In this document: positions 34,963-53,574 of the stretch, one piece after another | Numbering within the stretch: position 1 is the first letter of the stretch | Layout of the letters: each line of letters begins with the position of its first letter | Origin: a virus | Lineage: Duplodnaviria > Heunggongvirae > Uroviricota > Caudoviricetes | Direction: 5' to 3' (one strand) | IMG/VR virus record: IMGVR_UViG_3300045988_003641 | Span: 1-64,000 of that record | Length of the DNA: 64,000 nt | The notes under the pieces: generated by a model | What the model saw: only the letters and a program-made list of their open reading frames with translations | The model's database searches: none | What the model was told of the DNA's origin: nothing | Program-made: the position numbers and the translations under genes

Positions 34963-34977
34963 TAGAGGTAAATTGGA

Positions 34978-35424
34978 ATGGCTATGTATCAGCAATATTC
35001 CCCTAAAGACGTTGTATGTAGCTGGAATGGTATTGCCATTGAAGGCTTTGCCCCAGACTCATTTTTACGTCTACAGAGAACATCACCACTTATCACACCA
35101 GTTGTAGGTGCAGGTGGTCAGGTTGCTCTGACAAGAAATGCAGACAAGACAGGTACTATTGAGATTGAGCTAATGCAGACTTCTCTCTCTAACCAGATGC
35201 TTTCTGCAATTCAAGCTAAACAAGACAACATGGAACTTGAAGAAGATATCTCTTCTAACTTCGTAATCTACGACCCATCAGGCTCTGTTCTGGCAACTGG
35301 TATTAATGCTTGGTTGCAGGAATTACCACAGATTGAACTTGGGCGTGACCAGAACTCTAAAACTTGGATTTTTGGTTGTGAGAAGCTAGACTACACTTCT
35401 ACAATTCCAGCGTCAAGTGTTTAA
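34978..35424 (+). CDS. tail tube protein
   Basis: 148 aa after sheath, followed by strong terminator. Confidence 0.6.
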   Translation: MAMYQQYSPKDVVCSWNGIAIEGFAPDSFLRLQRTSPLITPVVGAGGQVALTRNADKTGTIEIELMQTSLSNQMLSAIQAKQDNMELEEDISSNFVIYDPSGSVLATGINAWLQELPQIELGRDQNSKTWIFGCEKLDYTSTIPASSV

Positions 35425-35436
35425 TAAATCCTATAA

Positions 35437-35468
35437 GGGGGAGACTTTAAAAGGTCTTCCCCTTTTTT
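35437..35468 (+). terminator. rho-independent terminator after sheath/tube genes
   Basis: 9-bp stem GGGGGAGAC/GTCTTCCCC followed by TTTTTT. Confidence 0.65.
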
Positions 35469-35497
35469 GTTTCTTTTAAAAGTATTAAGGAATCACA

Positions 35498-35896
35498 ATG
35501 AAAACAGAATCTAAAGTAATTAATGGTAAGAAAGTAAATATCGTTCTGCTTGGGGCAAGAGATGGGATTAAGATGTCTATGAAGCTGGGTAAAATTGTTG
35601 TTCCAACATTTGCACAGATGCTATCAAGTCTGACTGATAAAGATAAGAAAGAAGCTCCAATGGTTCCATTTAAAGACCTTGTTGAAGCTTGTTTTGACAG
35701 AATTGAAGAAATTAACCTTGAAGAAATGGCTACCCTGTTATTTCAAGGGGCAACTGTTGATGACTTCCCACTCAATATTGATACATACTTCCAAGCAAAC
35801 TACGGTGAGTTTATTGATTACTTAGCATTTGCGCTGGAGGCAAACTTCGGAAGTTTTTTCGAAGCAAGCATTTTCAAAAGCCTAACTTCTCAGTAA
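35498..35896 (+). CDS. tail assembly chaperone (gpG/E-like)
   Basis: 132 aa between tube and tape measure; slippery site near 3' end. Confidence 0.6.
   Translation: MKTESKVINGKKVNIVLLGARDGIKMSMKLGKIVVPTFAQMLSSLTDKDKKEAPMVPFKDLVEACFDRIEEINLEEMATLLFQGATVDDFPLNIDTYFQANYGEFIDYLAFALEANFGSFFEASIFKSLTSQ
35854..35860 (+). other. candidate -1 programmed ribosomal frameshift site (T TTT TTC)
   Basis: Heptamer in 0-frame of 35498-35896; -1 frame runs without stop into 35899-36138. Confidence 0.55.
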
Positions 35897-35898
35897 AC

Positions 35899-36137
35899 AT
35901 GGGTAATACTCTACAGACACCACTAACTGATGCTGCTGTAGAGGCAACCTATGAAGAAGCAGACGAGATGAAATTTGTGCTTGCTATTTATGGTATGGAA
36001 GGGTGTAAAGAAACACTTGACCAACTCTTTGCTATGACATTCTCTGATTTATTATCATTGAGACAATTTCTTGAAATTCAGAGGTCGTATAAAGAGGAAA
36101 TTGCTTACAACGAACTTAGAAGAGCAGGAAAAATGTA

Positions 36138-36138
<1 letters not shown>
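35899..36138 (+). CDS. tail assembly chaperone extension (GT/E'-like), probably made as frameshift fusion
   Basis: 79-aa ORF in -1 frame relative to upstream chaperone. Confidence 0.5.
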
Positions 36139-44208
<8,070 letters not shown>

Positions 44209-44210
44209 TA

Positions 44211-45383
44211 ATGGCAGTAGGTGAAATTCAAATTAGTGCCTTGCCTCAAGCATCCTTACCAATTGACCTTAGTGATATCTTCCATCTTAAGCAGGGTATT
44301 GAGGATAAGAGGTGTACTCTTGAGCAATTACTTGCTCCACACGCAAGCCTAAGAAATAACCCTCATGGTGTTACTAAAACACAAATTGGTTTAGATAATG
44401 TTATTAATGCTCTTCAGTTAGTCGCTGCAAATAACTTATCAGATATTGTTAATGTAGCTGAGGCAAGAGCAAATCTACAGATTATGTCTTCAGAAGAGGT
44501 TAATAACCTTGTCCAGCAACATATCAAGGACAAGAGTAACCCACACAATACAACTAAGGCACAGGTTGGTTTAAGTAATGTTCAGAACTGGACAACATCT
44601 AATCTGTATAACGAAGATGCAGATAAGTATGCTACAGCAAGAGCATTAAATAACTTGTACAAGGCTGTTCAGGCTTCTTATCCAGTAGGTACTATCCATC
44701 TTTCTATGAACTCTGCAAACCCTTCCACATACTTAATTTGTGGAGGTACTTGGGAGTTAGTTTCAAAAGGCAGGGCATTGGTTGGCTATGACTCTGATAC
44801 AAGACCAGCAGGTTCTATATTTGGCGCTTCAACTGTCACTTTGTCAGTTAATAACATACCTCAGCACTCCCACTCTGTGTCTCTTAGCGGTGGTGGTCAC
44901 ACTCATAATGCAACTGTGTCAATTTCAGCTTTTGATTATGGGACTAAGACTACAAACTCTTTTGACTATGGGACAAAAGCTACTAACACAACTGGTAACC
45001 ATACACACAGTGTGTCAGGTAACACTAGCACCAATGGTACTCACAACCATGATGTGTATCCTAGAGCAAATGATGGCTCTGGTAATGCTGTGGCTGACTC
45101 TGATGGTGGTGGTCCAAGAAGGACATCAAGGACTTCTAGTGATGGTGCGCACTCACACAGCTTTAACGTCACATCTGGTGCATCAGGTGACCACAGCCAC
45201 ACGGTTGGTATTGGTGCTCACAGTCATACAGTTGGTATTGGTTCACATACGCATAGTGGCACTGTAACAGTTTCTTCTTCTGAACATACACATAGTGGCA
45301 ATACAAATAGTGTTGGTGGAGGTCAGGCAGTTAATATTGAACAGCCATCCTTCGTACTGTATGTATGGCAGAGAACAGCTTAA
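44211..45383 (+). CDS. tail fiber protein with His-rich (HxH repeat) C-terminal domain
   Basis: C-terminus has HSHS, GGHTHN, NHTHS, GAHSHS, DHSHT, AHSHT, SHTHS, EHTHS repeats and FDYGTK motif, ends WQRTA. Confidence 0.7.
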   Translation: MAVGEIQISALPQASLPIDLSDIFHLKQGIEDKRCTLEQLLAPHASLRNNPHGVTKTQIGLDNVINALQLVAANNLSDIVNVAEARANLQIMSSEEVNNLVQQHIKDKSNPHNTTKAQVGLSNVQNWTTSNLYNEDADKYATARALNNLYKAVQASYPVGTIHLSMNSANPSTYLICGGTWELVSKGRALVGYDSDTRPAGSIFGASTVTLSVNNIPQHSHSVSLSGGGHTHNATVSISAFDYGTKTTNSFDYGTKATNTTGNHTHSVSGNTSTNGTHNHDVYPRANDGSGNAVADSDGGGPRRTSRTSSDGAHSHSFNVTSGASGDHSHTVGIGAHSHTVGIGSHTHSGTVTVSSSEHTHSGNTNSVGGGQAVNIEQPSFVLYVWQRTA

Positions 45384-45429
45384 TTTCTTTACAGGGGCTT
45401 TATAGCCCCTTTTAAGAGGAAAATTTATA

Positions 45430-47778
45430 ATGGCAGATTACAAATTGAGTGAGCTAAACTCAATCGACACAATCCGTTCAGATGACCTTCTTCATGTCAG
45501 AGTTAAAAAGAGACCTAAAATGCTGGGTGATGAAGACCGTCGAATGACCTATCAAGATTTCTTAGCATCTTTTAAGCTTGAAAGATTTGTTCAGATTGCT
45601 GGTAGCACTATGACGGGTGACTTAGGAATTGTTAAGCTACTTTACGGTGGCAAGGCTGTATTCGACCCCACAGGCTCTTCTGAGATTACTGTTGGTGATA
45701 TTTTAAAGACTTTTAAAATCAACGCAAACGACCTTAAACTAACTATTGCAGACGCTTCAAGGTCGGCAACTGTTTATCATACTTTGAATAAGCCAAGCCC
45801 TAATGAACTTGGGATGAGAACTAATGAAGAGAATGACGCAAGGTATGCAAGACTAGCCGTGAATAATACCTTTAGAGGTACTCAAGCTATCCTCTCTGAC
45901 AATGGAGCGCTCATTATTAAAAATATCACTCAAGGTGCTCCACTCTATCTTCGTGGTCAAGATGCAGATGGTACTAACAGATGGTATCTAGGTAATGATA
46001 ATAGGGGTACAAATAATCTTGTATTGAAGAATGTAAAGTCTGACGTTTCAATTGCTATTTTAGAGAATTTGGTGAAAGTCAACAGAACTCTTCAAATTGC
46101 TGGCCAAGTTCAGCCTTCAAGTTTTGCTAACTTAGATGCTAGGTATTTTACCCAGACAGCAGCTAATCAGAGATTTGCGCAGTTAGCTGGTAATAACACT
46201 TTTACTGGTACTAACACTTTCTCTAATTTTGTTGCTAAGAAGAATGCTGAAGCCATCACTCTGCGAAATGTGGACACTGCTCCCTCTTTATATATCCGAG
46301 CAAGAAAGTCAGATGGGAATTATAAGTGGTATATTGGTAATGACGGTGATGAGAACATTTTAAAAATCTATAACTATCTAACAGAAACACAAGTCTCACT
46401 AGGTAACACTATTGCCATGAGCAAAACAGTTCGAATTGATGGTCAAGTACAACCTTCTGATTGGACTAACATTGATTCTAGATATATTCCGGCAGCCACT
46501 TTGAGTAATCTCCCTAAACTTAATGTTGCTAATACTTTCACAAATGTGCAGACTATTGTATCAGATAATGAAGGTTTAGTATTAAGGAGCTTAACACAGG
46601 GACAGCCACAATATATCCGTGGTGTTGATACTGCGAATGTATCTAGGTGGTGGCTGGGCGTAGGAACTGCTAATTCTAACGTGGTAACCTTGAGCAACAG
46701 CTTTTCAGGCACTCAAATTTCCCTAGAGCCAACATTGGTTAGTATGAATAAGAATCTGTATATTAATGGGCAGGTTCAACCAAAAAATTGGTCTAACTTA
46801 GATGCTAGATACTTTGTTAAGACTCAGTTATTAAATCAATCTTTGATGACTGCATCTGTAGATAATCTTGAAAACCCTTCAGCATTTAATCTTGGGTATT
46901 CAGGTTTTGTCAGAAACAACAATGTGACTAGTGGTCTGAAAGAGTTGGCAATTCATGTTGCTCACTCTAGTAAGACTGCTGCACACGCAAGGGGTATCTC
47001 TTTTGTATACGGTTCAAACGGTTTGGCAACATTCACCTATGCCTATGACAAAAATGGTGACTATGCCGGAGAGGCACAGATTTACACAACTGATTTTAAA
47101 CCAACCCCTTCAGAGATTGGTGCATATACTAAAGCAGAAACTGACCAGAAATTTGCAACAGCAATTAGTGACTCTACAGACCTTAATAAAATCTATCCAG
47201 TAGGTATTGTAACTTGGTTTAACAGTGATGTTGACCCTAATACAGCACTACCTGGGTTAACTTGGACGTATCTTAACAATGGTGTTGGTAGGACTATCAG
47301 GATTGCAGCAGCAGATGGTTCAGATGTTGCTACAACAGGTGGTTCAGACTCTGTGGTGTTATCTGTTGGTAACTTACCGTCACACACCCATAGTTTCTCT
47401 GCTACCACTTCATCTTTTGATTATGGTACGAAGAACACTAATAGTACTGGTGCTCACACCCACTCAGTTAGTGGTACTGCTGCATCTGCTGGGCAACACG
47501 CACACAGAATTTCACAGGGTGACAACGCTAACGTTCCATCAGGTAGAGTTGCATCTTCGAACTCTGCTCAGACCCATGTTGGTTGGACTGAAAATGATGG
47601 TGCTCACACCCACTCAGTTAGTGGTACTGCTGCATCTGCTGGTGGACATGCTCACTCTGTAGGTATTGGTGCTCACAGCCACACAGTTAGTGGTAACACT
47701 GGTGGTACAGGCTCTGGTTCAGCATTTAGTGTTACTAACCAGTTCTACAAGTTAATGGCTTGGGTAAGAACTGCTTAA
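45430..47778 (+). CDS. long tail fiber protein with His-rich (HxH repeat) C-terminal domain
   Basis: 782 aa; C-terminus shares FDYGTK, AHTHSVSGTAASAG x2, GAHSHTVSG with 44211-45383, ends WVRTA. Confidence 0.7.
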   Translation: MADYKLSELNSIDTIRSDDLLHVRVKKRPKMLGDEDRRMTYQDFLASFKLERFVQIAGSTMTGDLGIVKLLYGGKAVFDPTGSSEITVGDILKTFKINANDLKLTIADASRSATVYHTLNKPSPNELGMRTNEENDARYARLAVNNTFRGTQAILSDNGALIIKNITQGAPLYLRGQDADGTNRWYLGNDNRGTNNLVLKNVKSDVSIAILENLVKVNRTLQIAGQVQPSSFANLDARYFTQTAANQRFAQLAGNNTFTGTNTFSNFVAKKNAEAITLRNVDTAPSLYIRARKSDGNYKWYIGNDGDENILKIYNYLTETQVSLGNTIAMSKTVRIDGQVQPSDWTNIDSRYIPAATLSNLPKLNVANTFTNVQTIVSDNEGLVLRSLTQGQPQYIRGVDTANVSRWWLGVGTANSNVVTLSNSFSGTQISLEPTLVSMNKNLYINGQVQPKNWSNLDARYFVKTQLLNQSLMTASVDNLENPSAFNLGYSGFVRNNNVTSGLKELAIHVAHSSKTAAHARGISFVYGSNGLATFTYAYDKNGDYAGEAQIYTTDFKPTPSEIGAYTKAETDQKFATAISDSTDLNKIYPVGIVTWFNSDVDPNTALPGLTWTYLNNGVGRTIRIAAADGSDVATTGGSDSVVLSVGNLPSHTHSFSATTSSFDYGTKNTNSTGAHTHSVSGTAASAGQHAHRISQGDNANVPSGRVASSNSAQTHVGWTENDGAHTHSVSGTAASAGGHAHSVGIGAHSHTVSGNTGGTGSGSAFSVTNQFYKLMAWVRTA

Positions 47779-47857
47779 TCCCTTGTTAACTGATTGTTAA
47801 GATGGTGTTAATATTCTTTATGGGTATTCTCACCATCTTGGCTGATGAGGTGATTAA

Positions 47858-48052
47858 ATGCCTACAATCCTAGCAATTCTTCTAAAAAATCTAGGTAGCT
47901 TCTTCTGGAAACTCATTTTATCCCTTCTAAGTGAATACATGATTGAGAAAGTGTTCTTTAAGCTTGCAAGATATCTTGCGAGTAAAACAGACACACCTAT
48001 TGATGATGAGTTCGTAGATAACTTAGAAAAAGCTTTTAAGGGGGAGAAATAA
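47858..48052 (+). CDS. small hydrophobic protein (possible holin-like)
   Basis: 64 aa, N-terminal hydrophobic stretch. Confidence 0.35.
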   Translation: MPTILAILLKNLGSFFWKLILSLLSEYMIEKVFFKLARYLASKTDTPIDDEFVDNLEKAFKGEK

Positions 48053-48424
48053 ATGAAGTGGCTAGAGGAAGCTTTTAAAAATAATATTGGTGCAATTGTA
48101 GTTGGTATTTTTAGTGTTATTGGGATGTATACCACCATGCAAGTTTCAAGTGGTAAACAAGAAGTGTCTGTCACAACAAAGTTACAGCAGCTAGATAATT
48201 ATTCAAAAAGTAACTATTCAGCTATTCATGATTTACAGTCTGACATGAGATTGATTCAGCTAGGGATGGAGAACCAGAAAGTTCAGTTAGAGAATGTTAA
48301 GGGCGAAAACGCAAAACTTACCAAAACTCTTGATAAATTCTCTGACAGTGTAAATAATCTGGCTCAATCAGTATCAGCCCTCCAAGCTATTACTGAGAAG
48401 AACACAAAGAATACTGAAAAATAA
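48053..48424 (+). CDS. membrane-anchored coiled-coil protein
   Basis: 123 aa; N-terminal TM IGAIVVGIFSVIGMY then heptad-like region. Confidence 0.45.
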   Translation: MKWLEEAFKNNIGAIVVGIFSVIGMYTTMQVSSGKQEVSVTTKLQQLDNYSKSNYSAIHDLQSDMRLIQLGMENQKVQLENVKGENAKLTKTLDKFSDSVNNLAQSVSALQAITEKNTKNTEK

Positions 48425-48431
48425 AATTTAA

Positions 48432-48457
48432 GGCTCCCGTAAAAAGGAGCCTTTTTT
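48432..48457. terminator. bidirectional rho-independent terminator between convergent units
   Basis: GGCTCC-cgtaaaaa-GGAGCC followed by TTTTTT; A/T-rich on opposite strand. Confidence 0.65.
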
Positions 48458-48460
48458 GTT

Positions 48461-49360
48461 TTACTTACCTACTGACAGAGGTGCTTCAATCTTCCCTGCA
48501 TGTTGGTAGTTGTTAATGCCACCAATAAAATCACTTGCAGTGAGATGTTTTAGGTCACTTAAAGTGTTAAGTGGGATACCAATCTCAAAAGTTGGTGCAT
48601 GGAACTCTTCATTGTTCATCAGTTCATAAACCTGCTTCATATGGTTCTGATAAATCTGAGTATCTCCAAAGACACCTATCAAATATCGTGGAGTGTATCC
48701 AGTCATCTTACAAAGGACTTCCAGAATAAAACCATAAGATGCAATGTTAAACGGAAGCCCTAAAAAGGTGTCTACAGAACGCTGATACCATTGTAAGTCA
48801 ACTTCACCCTCGTTGGTGATATAAATCTGAAACAGAACATGACAAGGTGCTAAAGCCATTGAGTTTGCTGCAATATCTGCTGCATTCCAAGCGTTAACAA
48901 GCATGTAACGGTCTGTGATATCACCCTTCATCTTCGCTACTAAGGTCTCTAACTGGTCTACAACACAACCATCATGACCCTCAAAGTTTCTCCACTGAAC
49001 CCCGTAGATTCTACCACCTGCATCCTCTAACCAGTCTTGTTCAGAGGAATAATTAGAGCTTAACCAGCGTTTAAAATCATCTGACCAGATAGTCCAGCGT
49101 TCCCCATCATTTTCACCCCAAGTACGGTAACGAAGTTCACCAAGTTTATTCTCACCATTCAGGAACCATAAAGCTTCCCCAATAACTTGCCGTGTAAACA
49201 CCTGTTTAGATGTTAAGAGTGGGAAACCAGTTCGCATATCAAAACGAAACTGTGGTGGAGCAAATGCAGAGATAACCTCTCCAGTTCGTGTAGTACGCAG
49301 TTCACCAACGGATAAAACATGGTTCAGGATATTTTTGTAACTCAAATCAGCTTGTGACAT
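48461..49360 (-). CDS. thyA: thymidylate synthase
   Basis: 299 aa with active-site LAPCHVLFQ motif. Confidence 0.85.
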   Translation of the reverse strand: MSQADLSYKNILNHVLSVGELRTTRTGEVISAFAPPQFRFDMRTGFPLLTSKQVFTRQVIGEALWFLNGENKLGELRYRTWGENDGERWTIWSDDFKRWLSSNYSSEQDWLEDAGGRIYGVQWRNFEGHDGCVVDQLETLVAKMKGDITDRYMLVNAWNAADIAANSMALAPCHVLFQIYITNEGEVDLQWYQRSVDTFLGLPFNIASYGFILEVLCKMTGYTPRYLIGVFGDTQIYQNHMKQVYELMNNEEFHAPTFEIGIPLNTLSDLKHLTASDFIGGINNYQHAGKIEAPLSVGK

Positions 49361-49361
49361 A

Positions 49362-49907
49362 TCAAAAGTGTCCTTTTACTTGTGGAACATAAATTTCAAA
49401 GGTTGCTTTACCATCATCCGATGGCCTTGACTGTACCTTTGCAAATACACGGCTATCATACAGCTTCTCAAAGAAGTTTTCAAAAGGTAAATGCACAGTG
49501 GCCTCTTCAGTAACTTTATGGAAGACTGTATGGAACACCACACCAGCATACGGTAAAGCATTGACAAGGACACCTGCACCACCAATTACAAAGACATCTT
49601 CATCAATAGAGCTATCAAGATACTTCAAAAATGCTCCAAATGACTCTTTACTGGCTTTAGCATACATTACATCATCTTTGCCAAAGTCTATGCCTAAGTA
49701 TGGTACAGAATTTGTTAAGATTAGGTTTGCACGTTCTGGTAGAGGTTTACTACCCAGAGTCTTAAAAGTCTCATTACCCATCACTACTAAGTTATTTTTA
49801 GTGAGTCTCTTAAACTCTTGCATGTCCTGTTTATGTCGAGGCCACGGCATACCAGTTGGAGTACCAAACTCACCATTTTCACCACTTGCAAAGATTAATT
49901 TAATCAT
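49362..49907 (-). CDS. dihydrofolate reductase
   Basis: 181 aa; N-terminus IKLIFASGENGEFGTPTGMPW...VVMGNETFKTLG matches DHFR fold signature. Confidence 0.8.
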   Translation of the reverse strand: MIKLIFASGENGEFGTPTGMPWPRHKQDMQEFKRLTKNNLVVMGNETFKTLGSKPLPERANLILTNSVPYLGIDFGKDDVMYAKASKESFGAFLKYLDSSIDEDVFVIGGAGVLVNALPYAGVVFHTVFHKVTEEATVHLPFENFFEKLYDSRVFAKVQSRPSDDGKATFEIYVPQVKGHF

Positions 49908-50164
49908 TTTGTAAATCCTTTCTTAATGAACCAGTTGATAACACTCTTCACAACTTTACTACGATGGTAGATAAAATGTGGAGAGGGTTGGTATGAACCA
50001 TAAGCCCAGAAAGCGATAATTTCATTACACACTGTGCATCGGGTACTTTCTTCAGCAATATGACCGTTAACTATTTCACTTACCTCACCTTGTAAGTCTG
50101 TACACCCACAATGTGGACAACGGATAGGTGTTCCATCAGACTCATAGCAGTGTTCAATTTTCAT
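49904..50164 (-). CDS. small zinc-ribbon protein
   Basis: CPHCGC...CTVCNE pairs. Confidence 0.5.
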   Translation of the reverse strand: MKIEHCYESDGTPIRCPHCGCTDLQGEVSEIVNGHIAEESTRCTVCNEIIAFWAYGSYQPSPHFIYHRSKVVKSVINWFIKKGFTK

Positions 50165-50680
50165 CTATTTAACCTCAAAAACTGGTTCAAGAACCAATAT
50201 AAAGTCTACACAGTCATCTTCTTCATCCAGAATACCATCAAAGTTCTTAGGTACAAAGTCGAAGAGACTCATAGAATATCGGTCAGAAGTAACCCTGATA
50301 GTGTTCCCTAGATTCTCTACAGTTAATATTGTACGGCTTTCTGTTACCTCACTTAGAAGATTACTCACAAAGTCATCTAAGAAGTGTTTCATCAGTGACT
50401 TGAAGCCTTTAGGGTAATCTGTACCAGAGTATGTTTCAATCTGAGGAACAAGCTTAACATTTATACTAGTCTTTGTTAAGAACGTTTTAGAGAACATGCT
50501 ATCAGGTAGCTTACAAACAGTCTTTCCAGTACCTTCATGTTCAATCTCAACAAAACCAGCTTCGTCGCCACATGTAACTATTTTAAAAGATGCTTCATTC
50601 TCATACTGTGAAGCCATAAACTTTTTAAGCATCTCTTTAAGGAAATCTGCATGAGCATCTTGTAAGTAGACATCAATCAT
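50165..50680 (-). CDS. hypothetical protein
   Basis: ORF 171 aa. Confidence 0.55.
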   Translation of the reverse strand: MIDVYLQDAHADFLKEMLKKFMASQYENEASFKIVTCGDEAGFVEIEHEGTGKTVCKLPDSMFSKTFLTKTSINVKLVPQIETYSGTDYPKGFKSLMKHFLDDFVSNLLSEVTESRTILTVENLGNTIRVTSDRYSMSLFDFVPKNFDGILDEEDDCVDFILVLEPVFEVK

Positions 50681-50693
50681 AGTTAATCACCTA

Positions 50694-51053
50694 TTATGGG
50701 AACAGACACTTAATGTCATCGTTTTTGAAAACGAAACTTGTGTAGTTGTGACCATCAACATCCAACCAAACAGCCTGAACATCTACACCATCAATATTCT
50801 GGTAAAGCTCTTTAATGAAGTGGTCTTTCACAAACTGACTGCTAGTGGTTTCCAGCTTGATGTTTGAGATTGCTGAACCTACAGCCATATAACCCATGAC
50901 ACGTTTCTTCTCAGTATGCTTAATCTTACCATCTTTGTAAGCCATAATGAGATTGGAGAGAATCTTCACACCATAATACTTTTCAAGGTGAGTAGGTACA
51001 CCGTAAAAGCCTAATGCGAAGTTTTCAGAGTGGATAATGTTTTCACGTTTCAT
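50694..51053 (-). CDS. hypothetical protein
   Basis: ORF 119 aa. Confidence 0.55.
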   Translation of the reverse strand: MKRENIIHSENFALGFYGVPTHLEKYYGVKILSNLIMAYKDGKIKHTEKKRVMGYMAVGSAISNIKLETTSSQFVKDHFIKELYQNIDGVDVQAVWLDVDGHNYTSFVFKNDDIKCLFP

Positions 51054-51054
51054 A

Positions 51055-51384
51055 TTAATCTGCCAACCTTAAATTAAAATTAACACCAAATTTTTCACAT
51101 ACTTCCAACATATACTCAAGGGAGACATTACCAGTGAGATGAATTATGTTGGACACACGAGCCTGAGAGATACCACAAATTTTAGCAACTTGCTCTTGAG
51201 AAAGACCTCTGGATTTAATCTCTCTCTTAAAACGATGTGCAACGAAGTCTCTCATTTCGTCTACATCCATTGGACAAATATAACTCTCCATTTCAGCCTC
51301 TCTATCAGCCTCCCAATCATCTTGTGGGGCATAAGGGTCAAAAACCTCATTCATCTTTCTTCTTCCGTTTGCGTGAAGTATCAA
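51055..51384 (-). CDS. helix-turn-helix DNA-binding protein (XRE-like)
   Basis: LSQEQVAKICGISQARVSNI HTH segment; alternative start 51354. Confidence 0.65.
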   Translation of the reverse strand: MILHANGRRKMNEVFDPYAPQDDWEADREAEMESYICPMDVDEMRDFVAHRFKREIKSRGLSQEQVAKICGISQARVSNIIHLTGNVSLEYMLEVCEKFGVNFNLRLAD

Positions 51385-51559
51385 TTAATGAGTCTATGTT
51401 AGTAGCCCTGACCTTTTCACGTTCATCGTTAAGATAATCATCAAGAGCCTTTTCAATCTGTGAATCATCTTGACAGATAACTGTAAAGACTGTAAAGCCG
51501 TCTGTATCGTCAATTATCTTACCATAACCGCTTCTGGGATGTAACTTTTTAAGAGCCAT
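51347..51559 (-). CDS. hypothetical protein
   Basis: ORF 70 aa. Confidence 0.4.
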   Translation of the reverse strand: MALKKLHPRSGYGKIIDDTDGFTVFTVICQDDSQIEKALDDYLNDEREKVRATNIDSLIDTSRKRKKKDE

Positions 51560-51560
51560 A

Positions 51561-51944
51561 TCAAATACCTGTGCAGCTTCTGTTTTCTAAGAAATACTCA
51601 ACACCATACATAGCTTTTTGCATCAAATCTTCTTTAAACTGAATACGATGATTAAGCATAGCCTGTACATCAATATCATCATGGTGCTTCTCTTTAATAT
51701 TTGCAGATTGCAGGAAATACTCTGCAAGAACACGATACTGATAGTCAGTTACCTTGTCAGTCATCTCTGTTAAAGACTCTTCAGAGATTGGTTTAAGTAA
51801 CTCACCATTAGCCAAAGCAACACCTTTAACAATCTGACAAGTGTCTTCTGGAACACCTGATAAGTCCACATTTGGAAGTTCTGTTGCATTGACTGGTAAA
51901 TTCATTGCCATAACCATTGCAGCAGCTAATAAAATCTTTTTCAT
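51561..51944 (-). CDS. secreted/periplasmic protein with signal peptide
   Basis: N-terminus MKKILLAAAMVMAMNLPVNA. Confidence 0.55.
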   Translation of the reverse strand: MKKILLAAAMVMAMNLPVNATELPNVDLSGVPEDTCQIVKGVALANGELLKPISEESLTEMTDKVTDYQYRVLAEYFLQSANIKEKHHDDIDVQAMLNHRIQFKEDLMQKAMYGVEYFLENRSCTGI

Positions 51945-51999
51945 AATGACCTCAAAGTTATATTGAATTTTGTATTACATTGAGTATAAAAATAAGCTA

Positions 52000-52430
52000 T
52001 AACACCTGACTTGTCAACAGACTTTATAGCTTATTTGGCAGATTTTTTATAAGGCTACTGCCATCCTTCCATACCACACCTCACCCAACCATACCATGCC
52101 TTACCAGACCGCACCTTGCCTCATTAAAAGACCCTCTTAAAAGACCTTTTAAAAAGGTAAGTCTCATTTTAATGTAGCTGAGACTAACTACCCGCACCGA
52201 ACCTCACCTGACCTGACCGCGCCATACCTAACCGCGCCTTACCACACCTCACTTAAAAACCCTATGAGATACTCTATCGAATATAATTTAAAGACTCTTA
52301 AGTGATGTAATCGAATTTTTATGTAGCTCCGATTAACTACCCGCACTTTACCAAACCTCACCCTACCCTACCAGACCTTACCTAACCGCGCCGTACCTCA
52401 TTAAAAGACCCTCTTAAAGACCTTTTAAAA
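52000..52430. repeat. intergenic repeat modules: CA-rich ACC(N) tracts flanking conserved palindromic core
   Basis: Core ACCTTTTAAAAAGGTAAGTCTCATTTTAATGTAGCTGAGACTAACTACCC at 52140-52192; variant 52320-52345; similar modules at 53575-53890. Confidence 0.65.
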
Positions 52431-52449
52431 AGGAGCCTCCGAAGAGGCT
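52421..52449 (-). terminator. rho-independent terminator (minus strand)
   Basis: AGCCTC-ttcg-GAGGCT hairpin followed by TTTTT on minus strand. Confidence 0.55.
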
Positions 52450-52460
52450 ACCTAGTCAAC

Positions 52461-52901
52461 TTAGAAAGGTTTTCTACGTTGCTTGTTAATGTTAGCTTTC
52501 ATAGCAGCTAAATGGTTTTGCTGTTCAATTAGTCGTGAACGTTCTTGATGGCTAAGTACCATAGTGTTCACATTCTCAATCGCTTGAGTGGCTTGCTTTA
52601 AAGCACGACCAATCTTACCAGACATTTTACGTTTTGCAATAGTTGCTTGATGCTTAGGTTCAACCACACGATAACCAACACCCATTGAAGCAACCAGATA
52701 AATCTTCTCTTCTTTAAGAAGCTTCTCAATAAACTTCTCAAGTCGATTTAAGCGTGTAAGTGCGTAAGCTTTCATTTCATCTTCGTACTTAACAATGTCA
52801 CCTTGATAAGTTGGCTTCACAATACCTAAGAAGGTATCCATCTCAGAGTGTGATACAGTGTCACCGTAACTAAACTTTGCTGCTAATGCTTTTGTATTCA
52901 T
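52461..52901 (-). CDS. hypothetical protein
   Basis: ORF 146 aa. Confidence 0.55.
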   Translation of the reverse strand: MNTKALAAKFSYGDTVSHSEMDTFLGIVKPTYQGDIVKYEDEMKAYALTRLNRLEKFIEKLLKEEKIYLVASMGVGYRVVEPKHQATIAKRKMSGKIGRALKQATQAIENVNTMVLSHQERSRLIEQQNHLAAMKANINKQRRKPF

Positions 52902-52903
52902 AA

Positions 52904-53509
<606 letters not shown>

Positions 53510-53574
53510 TTAGTTGATTGTTAAGTTGTTTGTAAAGAACCCTCAACAGAAGACTCTTTAGAAACTTGGTAGAT

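Noticed and set aside
44782-45267. 161-aa and similar alternative-frame ORFs inside the tail fiber genes (also 46955-47203, 47279-47662)
   Set aside because: Generated by the repetitive His/Ser/Thr codons of the HxH domains; products are low-complexity and overlap well-supported fiber genes
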